Source: a virus (Duplodnaviria > Heunggongvirae > Uroviricota > Caudoviricetes). From it: a stretch of DNA of 28,103 nucleotides. Both the position numbers and the translations under genes were made by a program. Shown here piece after piece: positions 17,245-28,103 of the stretch (the first letter of the stretch is position 1; each line of letters starts with the position of its first letter). Location of the stretch: the IMG/VR virus record IMGVR_UViG_2529292905_000015; one strand, written 5' to 3'. The notes under the pieces were generated by a model. The model was not told the origin of the DNA. It saw only the letters and a program-made list of their open reading frames with translations, and searched no databases.

Positions 17245-17512
17245 TCCCTTTTCCCGGCTGGCAGCGCGTATGGATGCTATCACGGTCAGAAAGATGGGAA
17301 AGACAGCCTCGATTAATGATGTCGATATGACTGTGATCCCGGGAGAAACACTGGCAGAGCTGAATGCTCTGTCCGGACCTGCGGTCTCTCTGGTGGTGTT
17401 TTCTTCGGGATACCGCCCACGGCGCGGGGATCGCGTTGTTTATGACGGACAACAATGGACGGTCACACGGCATGAACGCTTTAACGGTAAGCCAATGATC
17501 TTTATTGAGTAA
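17237..17512 (+). CDS. Head-tail connector, gpFII-like
   Basis: 91 aa; …YRPRRGDRVVYDGQQWTV… resembles the RRGD-containing C-terminal region of lambda FII; immediately precedes gpZ. Confidence 0.55.
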   Translation: MSDPFSRLAARMDAITVRKMGKTASINDVDMTVIPGETLAELNALSGPAVSLVVFSSGYRPRRGDRVVYDGQQWTVTRHERFNGKPMIFIE

Positions 17513-17523
17513 AGAGGTGTGGG

Positions 17524-18102
17524 ATGAAGGGGCTTGAGAATGCCATCCGCAATCTGAACAGCCTTGATACCCGTATGGTGCCACAGGCCAGCGCATGGGC
17601 GATAAACCGTGTGGCACAGAAAGCGGTCTCGGTTGCCACCCGGCAGGTTGCCGGGAATACCGTTGCGGGAGATAACCAGGTGAAAGGGATCCCCCTGAAA
17701 CTGGTTCGTCAGCGTGTCCGGGTGTTTAAAGCCAGTCCGTCAGGAAAAATGACGGCCAGGATCCGCGTTAACCGGGGCAATCTGCCCGCCATTAAGCTGG
17801 GGACAGCCCGGGTCAGACTGGCCCAGCGTGGTGGAAAACTGCAGTACCGTGGCAGTGTGCTGAAGGTGGGTAAATATCTTTTCCGGGATGCGTTTATTCA
17901 GCAACTGGCGAATGGTCGCTGGCATGTGATGCGGCGTATTGATGGCAAAAATCGTTACCCCATTGATGTGGTGAAAATCCCGCTGTCCGGACCGCTGACA
18001 CAGGCATTTGAAGATGCCCGCGACCGCATCATTGCTGCGGAAATGCCGAAACAGCTGGGGTATGCACTGAAACAACAACTGAGGTTATGGCTGACCCGAT
18101 GA
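17524..18102 (+). CDS. Z: Tail completion protein gpZ
   Basis: 192 aa; NGRWHVMRRIDGKNRYPIDVVKIPL matches lambda gpZ NGRWHVMQRVAGKNRYPIDVVKIPM; AGAGGTG Shine-Dalgarno. Confidence 0.85.
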   Translation: MKGLENAIRNLNSLDTRMVPQASAWAINRVAQKAVSVATRQVAGNTVAGDNQVKGIPLKLVRQRVRVFKASPSGKMTARIRVNRGNLPAIKLGTARVRLAQRGGKLQYRGSVLKVGKYLFRDAFIQQLANGRWHVMRRIDGKNRYPIDVVKIPLSGPLTQAFEDARDRIIAAEMPKQLGYALKQQLRLWLTR

Positions 18103-18500
18103 ACCGACATACACAAATCCGCCAGGTCGTACTGGCACGCCTTCGGGAACAGTGTGGAGACAGCGCCACGTTTTTTGACGGGCTTCCGGCATTTGTTGAT
18201 GCGCAGGAACTGCCTGCCGTGGCGGTGTGGCTGAGTGATGCTCAGTACACCGGAAAAATGACGGATGAAGATGACTGGCAGGCTGTTCTGCATATTGCTG
18301 TCTTCATCCGGGCACAGGCACCGGATTCAGAGCTGGATATGTGGATGGAGAGCACCATTTTCCCGGCCCTGAATGATGTATCGGCACTTTCCGGACTCAT
18401 CGACACCCTGATCCCACTCGGTTTTAACTATCAACGTGATAATGAGATGGCCACCTGGGCGATGGCGGAAATCACGTACCAGATCACGTACACGAATTAA
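18099..18500 (+). CDS. U: Tail terminator protein gpU
   Basis: …ATFFDGLPAFVDAQELPAVAVWLSDAQYTG…LHIAVFIRAQAPDSELDMWMES… parallels lambda gpU; ATGA overlap with Z. The track start is 18087. Confidence 0.85.
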   Translation: MNRHTQIRQVVLARLREQCGDSATFFDGLPAFVDAQELPAVAVWLSDAQYTGKMTDEDDWQAVLHIAVFIRAQAPDSELDMWMESTIFPALNDVSALSGLIDTLIPLGFNYQRDNEMATWAMAEITYQITYTN

Positions 18501-18510
18501 GGAGGTGGTA

Positions 18511-19254
18511 ATGACCACGCCAAATCCACTGGCAAAGACGAAAGGTGCGGGGACGACGTTCTGGATGTATACCGGCAACGGCGATGCGTTTGCGAACCCT
18601 TTGTCGGACACTGACTGGCTGCGTCTTGCGATGGTGAAGGATCTGCAACCTGGCGAAATGACCGCTGATGCAGAAGATGACACTTATCTCGATGATGAAG
18701 ATGCAGACTGGAAAACGACAACCCAGGGGCAGAAATCCGTTGGTGATACTTCGGCGACGCTGGCCTGGCGTCCGGGTGACAGCGGGCAGAAAAAACTGGT
18801 TCAGTTGTTCGACTCCGGTGAAGTCTGCGCGTTTCGTATCAAATATCCCAACGGCACTGTTGATGTTTTCCGCGGCTGGCTGAGCTCACTGGGTAAAACC
18901 ATTGCCTCAAAAGACGTGATGACCCGCACAGTGAAAATCAGCGGTGTGGGGCGTCCATATCTGGCAGAGGAGGGCACTGAAACTGTGGGCGTTACCGGGC
19001 TGACGGTGGCACCGGCATCCGCCAGTGTCAATGTGGGAGCAACCACCACGCTGACCTTTACAGTAAAACCTGACGGAGCCAGTGACAAAGCGATCAGTGT
19101 GCATTCGACAGATCCACAGACAGCCACTGTGACCCTGAACGGACTTGTGGCCACGGTGAAAGGCGTGAAGCAGGGCAGCGTCAGCATTGTGGGCATGACC
19201 GCTGACGGGAATTTTGTGGCTGTGGCTGCGGTGACTGTCAGCGCTGCAGGTTAA
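18511..19254 (+). CDS. V: Major tail protein gpV with a C-terminal Ig-like (Big_2-type) domain
   Basis: AAGGAGGT Shine-Dalgarno before ATG 18511; N-terminal domain followed by a Thr/Val-rich Ig-like C-terminal region (…TVAPASASVNVGATTTLTFTVKPDGA…); followed by a strong terminator. Confidence 0.85.
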   Translation: MTTPNPLAKTKGAGTTFWMYTGNGDAFANPLSDTDWLRLAMVKDLQPGEMTADAEDDTYLDDEDADWKTTTQGQKSVGDTSATLAWRPGDSGQKKLVQLFDSGEVCAFRIKYPNGTVDVFRGWLSSLGKTIASKDVMTRTVKISGVGRPYLAEEGTETVGVTGLTVAPASASVNVGATTTLTFTVKPDGASDKAISVHSTDPQTATVTLNGLVATVKGVKQGSVSIVGMTADGNFVAVAAVTVSAAG

Positions 19255-19274
19255 CAGGACGATACTCATCATTT

Positions 19275-19298
19275 GCCCCGGTTATCCGGGGCTTTTTT
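19275..19298 (+). terminator. Intrinsic terminator GCCCCGG-TTAT-CCGGGGC followed by T6, directly after the major tail gene
   Basis: Perfect 7-bp GC stem and T6, read directly. Confidence 0.65.
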
Positions 19299-19311
19299 GC
19301 AGGTGGAGAAC

Positions 19312-19701
19312 ATGATGTTTCTGAAACAGGGCACGTTTAATTATGAAAAGCAGTCCGTGGTGCTCAGTGAGCTGTCCGGGCTGCAGAGAATTGAATATCT
19401 GGCGTTTGTTCAGCAGCGAACGGCAAAGTTTGATGCCGAAGAGGGAGAACTGCCGGAGGCTGAACGACAGATTGCTTTTCTGCGGATGGGGATGGATATC
19501 AATGCCTGGCTGGTTTCCCGCTCACTGTGGAATGCGGAACAGTCTCAGGATGTTGAGACGCTTTGCGCATCCGTTATTACAACATGGTCGTATGATGCCC
19601 TGAGAGCGGGGGCGGAGATGGTTCTGTCGCTGAGCGGTATGGGAGCCATTGAGAATGCCGGGGATTTGGAGCATGAGGTGCTGACGCCGGAAAAGTCCTG
19701 A
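19312..19701 (+). CDS. G: Tail assembly chaperone gpG
   Basis: MMFLKQGTFNYEKQSVVLSELSGLQRIEYLAF… parallels lambda gpG MFLKTESFEHNGVTVTLSELSALQRIEHLAL; AGGTGGAG Shine-Dalgarno. Confidence 0.8.
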   Translation: MMFLKQGTFNYEKQSVVLSELSGLQRIEYLAFVQQRTAKFDAEEGELPEAERQIAFLRMGMDINAWLVSRSLWNAEQSQDVETLCASVITTWSYDALRAGAEMVLSLSGMGAIENAGDLEHEVLTPEKS

Positions 19702-20039
19702 CGCGGGAAATGCAGTTTGTCATGCGGCTTGCCCGGGAGTTCCGGCGGGCAGACTGGCGGCGGATGCTGTCGGAAATGTCGGCCACTGAGCTTGGTGAGT
19801 GGGGCGATTATTTCCGGATGCAGAGCTTCAGTGATGTGTGGATGGATGCGCAGTTTGCCTCGCTGAAGGCATTGATCGTGAGAATGGTGTCCGGTAGCAG
19901 TGATGCTGCGGTGGCTGATTTCAGCCTTTTACCGGAAGAGAACGGGATACCGGAGCGAACGGACGAAGAACTGATGCATCTTGGGGAAGGTATTTCCGGA
20001 GGTGTGCGTTATGGACCAGATAGCCAACCTGGTCATTGA
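19677..20039 (+). CDS. T: gpT portion of the G-T tail assembly chaperone, expected to be expressed only as a -1 frameshift fusion from G
   Basis: The frame is open from 19677, -1 relative to G and overlapping its last codons; G/T frameshifting is conserved in lambda-like tail modules; candidate slip region GGAAAAG at 19689-19695. Confidence 0.65.
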   Translation, partial: GADAGKVLTREMQFVMRLAREFRRADWRRMLSEMSATELGEWGDYFRMQSFSDVWMDAQFASLKALIVRMVSGSSDAAVADFSLLPEENGIPERTDEELMHLGEGISGGVRYGPDSQPGH

Positions 20040-21963
20040 TTTGGGGATTGATGCGGCAGAGTTTAAAAATGAAATTCCCCGTATCAAAAACCTTCTGAAT
20101 GGTGCAGCCAGCGATGCAGAACGGTCTTCTGCCCGTATGCAGCGTTTTATGGAGCGTCAGACTCAGGCCGCCCGGCAGACAATGCAGGCGGCTTCTTCGG
20201 CTGCAACAGCCGCATCCGTCCATGCGCAGACGGTGGAGAAGAGCGCACAGGCTCATGAACGCATGGCCCGCGAGGTGGAGCAAACCCGCCAGCGTATGGA
20301 GGCACTGAGCCAGAAAATGCGCGAGGAACAGGCGCAGGCCATGGCTCTGGCGGAGGCTCAGGATAAAGCGGCTGCTGCGTTTTATCGTCAGATTGACAGT
20401 GTGAAACAGGCCGGTGCGGGGCTGCAGGAATTACAGCGTATTCAGCAACAGATCCGACAGGCCAGAAACAGTGGCGGGATTGGTCAGCAGGATTATCTGG
20501 CGCTGATTTCTGAGGTTACGGCGAAAACCCGTGTTCTTACACAGGCTGAGGAAGAGGCTACCCGACAGAAAGTGGCGTTTATCCGTCAGCTTAAAGAGCA
20601 GGCAACCCGCCAGAATCTTTCTTCTTCTGAGTTGCTTCGTGCTAAGGCTGCCCAGCTGGGGGTAAGCAGTGCTGCAGAAGTGTATATCCGCAAAATGGAG
20701 CAGGCAGGAAAAGCCACGCATTCGCTGGGTCTGAAAAGTGCAGCAGCCCGTCAGGAGATAGGCGTTCTGATAGGTGAACTGGCCCGCGGTAATTTAGGTG
20801 CGCTGAGGGGATCCGGAATAACGCTGGCTAACCGTGCCGGGTGGATAGACACACTGATGTCACCGAAAGGCATGATGCCAGGAGCGGTTATTGGCGGTAT
20901 TGCCGCGGCTGTCTATGGTCTGGGTAAAGCCTGGTATGACGGTCAGAAGGAGGGGGAAGAATTTAACCGCCAGCTGTCGCTGACGGGGCATTATGCCGGA
21001 GTCACTGCCGGGCAGCTGTGGACGCTCAGTCGTGCTATTTCCGGGAATGGTATCACGCAACATGCTGCAGCCGGTGCGCTGGCTCAGGTGGTGGGGAGTG
21101 GTGCATTTCGTGGAAACGATATCGGTATGGTGGCGAGAGCTGCCGCACAGATGGAGCGATCGGTTGGCCAGTCGGTCAGCGATACCATAAATCAGTTTAA
21201 GCGGCTGAAGGATGATCCTGTAAATGCCGCGAAGGCTCTGGACAATGAGCTGCATTTTCTTACTGCCACTCAGCTTGAGCAGATACGCGTCCTTGGGGAG
21301 CAGGGGCGGTCCAGTGATGCTGCACGGATAGCCATGTCTGCACTGGCAGAGGAAACCGGTCGGCGTACTGCGGATATTGATAATAACCTCAATGCGCTTG
21401 GCAGTACGCTGAAGTATCTGTCTGATTTGTGGAGTCGTTTCTGGGATGCGGCCATGAATATTGGTCGTGAAGACTCGCTGGATGAACAGATTGCCGCTTT
21501 ACAGGAGAAAGTGTCGCGGGCGAAAAGACTCCCCTGGACGGCATCATCTTCTCAGGTTGAATACGATCAGCAGCGTCTTAACGATCTTCAGGAGAAAAAA
21601 CGCCAGAAGGATTTGCAGGATGCAAAAGAGCAGGCAGAGCGGAATTATCAGGAGCAACAGAAACGCCGTAATGCTGAAAATGCTGCACTGAACCGGATGA
21701 ATGAAACGGAAGCAGCACGACATCAGCGTGAAATAGCGCGTATTAATGCCATGCAGTACGCCGATCAGGCTGTCAGGGATGCGGCGATACAACGTGAAAA
21801 TGAACGTTACGAGAAAGCCCTGGCATCCGGTAAGAAAAAACACGCGAACCCCGTAATGATGAGGCCACCCGGTTATTGCTGCAGTACAGTCAGCAACAGG
21901 CACAGGTGGAAGGACAGATTGCTGCTGCCAGACAGTCAGCAGGCATTGCCACGGAAAGGATGA
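20011..21963 (+). CDS. H: Tail tape measure protein gpH, N-terminal fragment (frame interrupted near 21835; remainder in the next feature)
   Basis: Coiled-coil-rich, Ala/Gln/Arg-rich sequence typical of tape measure proteins; GGAGGTG Shine-Dalgarno before ATG 20011; overlaps the T end as in lambda. After the A6 tract this frame reads only about 40 further codons (…ANPVMMRPPGYCCSTVSNRHRW…) before its stop. Confidence 0.8.
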   Translation: MDQIANLVIDLGIDAAEFKNEIPRIKNLLNGAASDAERSSARMQRFMERQTQAARQTMQAASSAATAASVHAQTVEKSAQAHERMAREVEQTRQRMEALSQKMREEQAQAMALAEAQDKAAAAFYRQIDSVKQAGAGLQELQRIQQQIRQARNSGGIGQQDYLALISEVTAKTRVLTQAEEEATRQKVAFIRQLKEQATRQNLSSSELLRAKAAQLGVSSAAEVYIRKMEQAGKATHSLGLKSAAARQEIGVLIGELARGNLGALRGSGITLANRAGWIDTLMSPKGMMPGAVIGGIAAAVYGLGKAWYDGQKEGEEFNRQLSLTGHYAGVTAGQLWTLSRAISGNGITQHAAAGALAQVVGSGAFRGNDIGMVARAAAQMERSVGQSVSDTINQFKRLKDDPVNAAKALDNELHFLTATQLEQIRVLGEQGRSSDAARIAMSALAEETGRRTADIDNNLNALGSTLKYLSDLWSRFWDAAMNIGREDSLDEQIAALQEKVSRAKRLPWTASSSQVEYDQQRLNDLQEKKRQKDLQDAKEQAERNYQEQQKRRNAENAALNRMNETEAARHQREIARINAMQYADQAVRDAAIQRENERYEKALASGKKKHANPVMMRPPGYCCSTVSNRHRWKDRLLLPDSQQALPRKG

Positions 21964-23075
21964 CAGAAGCGCATAAACAGCTTCTGGCTCTGCAGCAGCG
22001 CATCAGCGACCTGGACGGGAAAAAACTGACGGCAGATGAAAAGAGTGTGCTGGCCCGTAAAGATGAACTGATTCAGGCACTGACGCTGCTGGATGTAAAA
22101 CAGCAGGAGCTTCAGAAACAGACGGCACTCAACGAGCTGAAGAAAAAAACAATTCAGCTGACCAGTCAACTGGCTGAAGAAGAGCGCGCTCAGCGTCAGC
22201 AACATGACCTGGATATCGCCACGGTGGGTATGGGTGATCAGCAGCGACAGCGATATCAGGTACAACTGAGTCTTCGCCAGAAATACCAGCAACAGCTGGA
22301 GCAGTTGAGGCGGGATAGTGAGCAGAAAGGGACATATAACACGGATGACTACAGAAAGGCCGAGCAGGCGCTGACGGAGAGCCTGAACCGACAACTGAAT
22401 GAGAATCGCCGTTACTGGCAACAGCTTGAAGTTGTACAGGGTAACTGGAAAAACGGAGTCCTGCGTGCATTTCAGGATTTTACCGTGGATGCAGATAATA
22501 CGGCAGAAACAGCAGAACAGGTGTTCTCGTCAGCCTTCAGCAACATGGGAAATGGCCTGGCAACTTTTGTCACTACCGGCAAACTCAATTTCAAATCCTT
22601 CACCTCTTCTGTGCTGTCAGATATGGCGAAAATCCTGGCGCAGGCAACCATGATGAAATCGATAAAAGGGATTGGCAGTGTACTGGGATTTGATCTCAGC
22701 AGCCTTTCCCTGAATGCCAATGGGGGGATTTATCAGTCTGCTGATTTGAGTCGTTACAGTGGCACGGTGGTTAACCGTCCGACGTTTTTTGCTTTTGCAA
22801 AAGGCGCGGGTGTGATGGGGGAAGCGGGACCTGAAGCCATTCTGCCATTGCGTCGTGGTGCTGACGGTAAGCTGGGGGTTGTGGCGGATATTGGGGGTTC
22901 AGGTATGGCGATGTTTTCCCCGCAGTACAACATCGAGATCAATAACGATGGCACGAACGGGCAGATAGGTCCGGCTGCCCTGAAGGCGGTTTATGACCTC
23001 GGGAAAAAAGCGGCAGCGGACTTTATGCAACAGCAGGCCCGTGATGGTGGTCGGTTAAGTGGAGCATATCGGTAA
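21876..23075 (+). CDS. H: Tail tape measure protein gpH, C-terminal fragment (this frame is open from 21834)
   Basis: C-terminus …NIEINNDGTNGQIGPAALKAVYDLGKKAAADFMQQQARDGGRLSGAYR closely matches the lambda gpH C-terminus (…NNDGTNGQIGPAALKAVYDMARKGARDE…); stop overlaps the gpM start (TAATG). Confidence 0.8.
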   Translation: MLQYSQQQAQVEGQIAAARQSAGIATERMTEAHKQLLALQQRISDLDGKKLTADEKSVLARKDELIQALTLLDVKQQELQKQTALNELKKKTIQLTSQLAEEERAQRQQHDLDIATVGMGDQQRQRYQVQLSLRQKYQQQLEQLRRDSEQKGTYNTDDYRKAEQALTESLNRQLNENRRYWQQLEVVQGNWKNGVLRAFQDFTVDADNTAETAEQVFSSAFSNMGNGLATFVTTGKLNFKSFTSSVLSDMAKILAQATMMKSIKGIGSVLGFDLSSLSLNANGGIYQSADLSRYSGTVVNRPTFFAFAKGAGVMGEAGPEAILPLRRGADGKLGVVADIGGSGMAMFSPQYNIEINNDGTNGQIGPAALKAVYDLGKKAAADFMQQQARDGGRLSGAYR

Positions 23076-23404
23076 TGGAGACGTTTCACTGGAAAGTGCG
23101 CCCGGATATGAATGTGGTATCAGAGCCGAAAGTGGTGACAGTGAAGCTGGGCGATGGTTATGAACAGCGTCGTGCGGCGGGACTGAATAACCAGTTGTCG
23201 ACTTACAGCGTGACGATACGTGTTCGTAAATGTGAACACCCATCTTTAAAAGCCTTTCTGGAACGGCACGGTGGCGTCCGTGCATTTCAGTGGACGCCAC
23301 CTTATGACTGGAAACCGATCAGGGTGGTTTGTCGTAAATGGTCGGCAAGCGTGGGGGCGCTGTGGGTAACCATAACGGCAGATTTTGAACAGGTCGTGGC
23401 ATAG
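23075..23404 (+). CDS. M: Minor tail protein gpM
   Basis: 109 aa, same length and position as lambda gpM; METFHWKVRPDMNVVSEPKV…. Confidence 0.9.
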   Translation: METFHWKVRPDMNVVSEPKVVTVKLGDGYEQRRAAGLNNQLSTYSVTIRVRKCEHPSLKAFLERHGGVRAFQWTPPYDWKPIRVVCRKWSASVGALWVTITADFEQVVA

Positions 23405-23413
23405 GAGGCTCTG

Positions 23414-24112
23414 ATGCAGGATATTCCACAGGAAACACATCATGAGACGACACGCCTCACTCAGTCAGCCCAGGCGGTGCTCTGGGAAATCGATCTGACA
23501 GAGGTCGGTGGTGAACGTTATTTTTTCTGTAATGAGCAGAACGAAAAAGGTGAGCCGGTTACCTGGCAGGGGCGGCAGTATCAGGCATACCCCATTCAGG
23601 GGACGGGATTTGAACTGAACGGCAAGGGCAGTGCTGCCCGTCCGACACTGACGGTTTCTAACCTGCACGGCATGGTCACGGGGATGGCGGAAGACCTGCA
23701 GAGTCTGGTCGGCGGAACGGTGGTCCGGCGTAAGGTTTACGCCCGTTTTCTGGATGCGGTGAACTTCGTCAACGGAAACAGCGACGCCGATCCGGAGCAG
23801 GAGGTGATCAGCCGCTGGCGCATCGAGCAGTGCAGCGAACTGAGTGCGGTGAGTGCCTCCTTTGTACTGTCCACGCCAACGGAAACGGATGGCGCTGTTT
23901 TTCCGGGACGTATCATGCTGGCCAACACCTGCACCTGGACCTATCGCGGTGATGAGTGCGGTTATCACGGTCCGGCAGTCGCGGATGAATATGACCAGCC
24001 GACGTCCGATATCACGAAGGATAAATGCAGCAAATGCCTGAGTGGCTGTAAGTTTCGCAATAACCTCGGCAACTTTGGCGGCTTCCTTTCCATTAACAAA
24101 CTTTCACAGTGA
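23414..24112 (+). CDS. L: Minor tail protein gpL
   Basis: 232 aa, same length as lambda gpL, with a C-terminal Cys cluster (CTWTYRGDECGYHG…CSKCLSGC); AGGAGG Shine-Dalgarno. Confidence 0.9.
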   Translation: MQDIPQETHHETTRLTQSAQAVLWEIDLTEVGGERYFFCNEQNEKGEPVTWQGRQYQAYPIQGTGFELNGKGSAARPTLTVSNLHGMVTGMAEDLQSLVGGTVVRRKVYARFLDAVNFVNGNSDADPEQEVISRWRIEQCSELSAVSASFVLSTPTETDGAVFPGRIMLANTCTWTYRGDECGYHGPAVADEYDQPTSDITKDKCSKCLSGCKFRNNLGNFGGFLSINKLSQ

Positions 24113-24861
24113 ATCCCATGACAGAGACAGAATCAGCGATTCTGGCGCACGCCCGGCGATGTGCGCCAGCGGAGTCGTGCGGCTTCGTGGTGAGAACGCC
24201 GGAAGGGGAAAGATATTTTCCCTGCGTGAATATCTCCGGTGAGCCGGAGGCGTATTTCCGGATGTCGCCGGAGTACTGGCTGCGGGCAGAGATGCAGGGT
24301 GAGATTGTGGCGCTGGTCCACAGCCACCCCGGTGGTCTGCCCTGGCTGAGTGAGGCCGACCGGCGGCTGCAGGTGCAGAGTGATTTGCCGTGGTGGCTGG
24401 TCTGCCGGGGAGTGATTCATAAGTTCCGCTGTGTGCCGCATCTTACCGGGCGGCGCTTTGAGCACGGGGTGACGGACTGTTACACGCTGTTCCGGGATGC
24501 TTACCATCTGGCGGGGATTGAGATGCCGGATTTTCATCGCGAGGATGACTGGTGGCGTAACGGTCAGAATCTCTATCTGGATAATCTGGAGGCCACAGGG
24601 CTGTATCAGGTGCCGTTGTCAGCGGCGCAGCCGGGCGATGTACTGCTGTGCTGTTTTGGTTCATCGGTGCCGAATCATGCCGCCATTTACTGTGGTGACG
24701 GCGAGCTGCTGCACCATATTCCTGAACAACTGAGCAAACGAGAGAGGTATACCGACAAATGGCAGCGACGCACACACTCCCTCTGGCGTCACCGGGCATG
24801 GCACGCATCTGCCTTTACGGGGATTTACAACGATTTGGCCGCCGCATCGACCTTCGTGTAA
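24109..24861 (+). CDS. K: Tail assembly protein gpK (JAB/MPN plus NlpC/P60-like); start is GTG 24109 or ATG 24118
   Basis: HSHP metalloprotease-type motif (…VALVHSHPGG…) and a Cys/His-containing C-terminal domain; follows gpL with an overlapping stop/start. Confidence 0.85.
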   Translation: MNPMTETESAILAHARRCAPAESCGFVVRTPEGERYFPCVNISGEPEAYFRMSPEYWLRAEMQGEIVALVHSHPGGLPWLSEADRRLQVQSDLPWWLVCRGVIHKFRCVPHLTGRRFEHGVTDCYTLFRDAYHLAGIEMPDFHREDDWWRNGQNLYLDNLEATGLYQVPLSAAQPGDVLLCCFGSSVPNHAAIYCGDGELLHHIPEQLSKRERYTDKWQRRTHSLWRHRAWHASAFTGIYNDLAAASTFV

Positions 24862-25406
24862 AAACGGGGGCCGAAGCCATCCGGGCGCTGGCCATGCAGA
24901 TCCCGGCGTTTCGTCAGAAGCTGAGCGACGGCTGGTATCAGGTACGGATTGCCGGGCGTGATACAGGTGAAAATGAATTATCATCCCGTCTTAATGAGCC
25001 GCTGGCAAATGGTGCAGTGATCCACATCGTGCCGCGCCTGGCGGGTGCCAAAAGTGGCGGTGTGTTTCAGGCAGTGCTGGGTGCGGCGCTGATTGCGGTG
25101 GCATGGTGGAACCCTGTGGGCTGGCTGGGGGCCGCGGCTGTATCGGGTATGTATGCAGCAGGGGCCAGTATGATCCTGGGTGGTGTGGCGCAGATGCTGG
25201 CACCGAAAGCCAGAACTCCCCGTACACAGACAACGGATAACGGTAAGCAGAACACCTATTTCTCCTCACTGGATAATATGGTTGCCCAGGGCAATGTTCT
25301 GCCTGTTCTGTACGGTGAAATGCGCGTGGGGTCACGTGTTGTCTCTCAGGAGATCAGCACGGCAGACGAGGGGGACGGTGGTCAGGTTGTGGTGATTGGT
25401 CGTTGA
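24759..25406 (+). CDS. I: Tail assembly protein gpI
   Basis: C-terminal …NGKQNTYFSSLDNMVAQGNVLPVLYGEMRVGSRVVSQEISTADEGDGGQVVVIGR matches remembered lambda gpI; overlaps the end of K. Confidence 0.8.
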   Translation: MAATHTLPLASPGMARICLYGDLQRFGRRIDLRVKTGAEAIRALAMQIPAFRQKLSDGWYQVRIAGRDTGENELSSRLNEPLANGAVIHIVPRLAGAKSGGVFQAVLGAALIAVAWWNPVGWLGAAAVSGMYAAGASMILGGVAQMLAPKARTPRTQTTDNGKQNTYFSSLDNMVAQGNVLPVLYGEMRVGSRVVSQEISTADEGDGGQVVVIGR

Positions 25407-25424
25407 TGAAAAACGTTTTATGTG

Positions 25425-25452
25425 AAACCGCCTCAGGGCGGTTTTGTCGTTT
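25425..25452 (+). terminator. Hairpin AAACCGCC-TCAG-GGCGGTTT followed by a T-rich tract (TTTTGTCGTTT) between I and J; possible attenuator
   Basis: Perfect 8-bp stem read directly; the tail is only moderately U-rich. Confidence 0.4.
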
Positions 25453-25463
25453 CTGGAGCGTGA

Positions 25464-28103
<2,640 letters not shown>

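Noticed and set aside
24759-24861. The roughly 100-nt K/I overlap as a possible second frameshift site
   Set aside because: Both frames have their own plausible starts, and this gene pair is arranged the same way in lambda-like tails as far as I recall; nothing in the sequence requires recoding.

Overview
This window is most of a defective lambda-like (lambdoid) prophage of an Escherichia coli-type host, read left to right in prophage order. All identifications are from reading the six-frame translations and the DNA by eye against remembered lambda / phage 21 / IS629 proteins; no database search was run. Layout: 5'-truncated lambda-type integrase (minus strand, 1-1032), then an intact IS629 (1033-2342) that abuts the ren/ninB junction, so the entire early/immunity region (xis through ren, including cI, cro, N, O, P) is missing. 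Then ninB-ninE-ninF-ninG-ninI, an AT-rich antisense cargo gene for an outer-membrane beta-barrel (LpxR-like, tentative), a long-form Q antiterminator with a compact PR'-like promoter and tR'-like terminator, an AT-rich membrane-protein moron in the slot where Stx phages carry stx, a phage-21-type lysis cassette (pinholin, SAR endolysin, Rz/Rz1), a probable cos site, terminase small and large subunits, gpW-like, portal, ClpP-like prohead protease, major capsid, two small head proteins, and a lambda-like tail module Z-U-V-G-T-H-M-L-K-I-J (J runs off the window end and is absent from the ORF track). The tape measure gene H is split by a frameshift at an A6 tract. The candidates I would look at first are the two AT-rich envelope-associated cargo loci and a compact antisense promoter-hairpin-T-tract unit upstream of the holin that could encode a small RNA. 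No CRISPR array, rRNA or tRNA was recognised.
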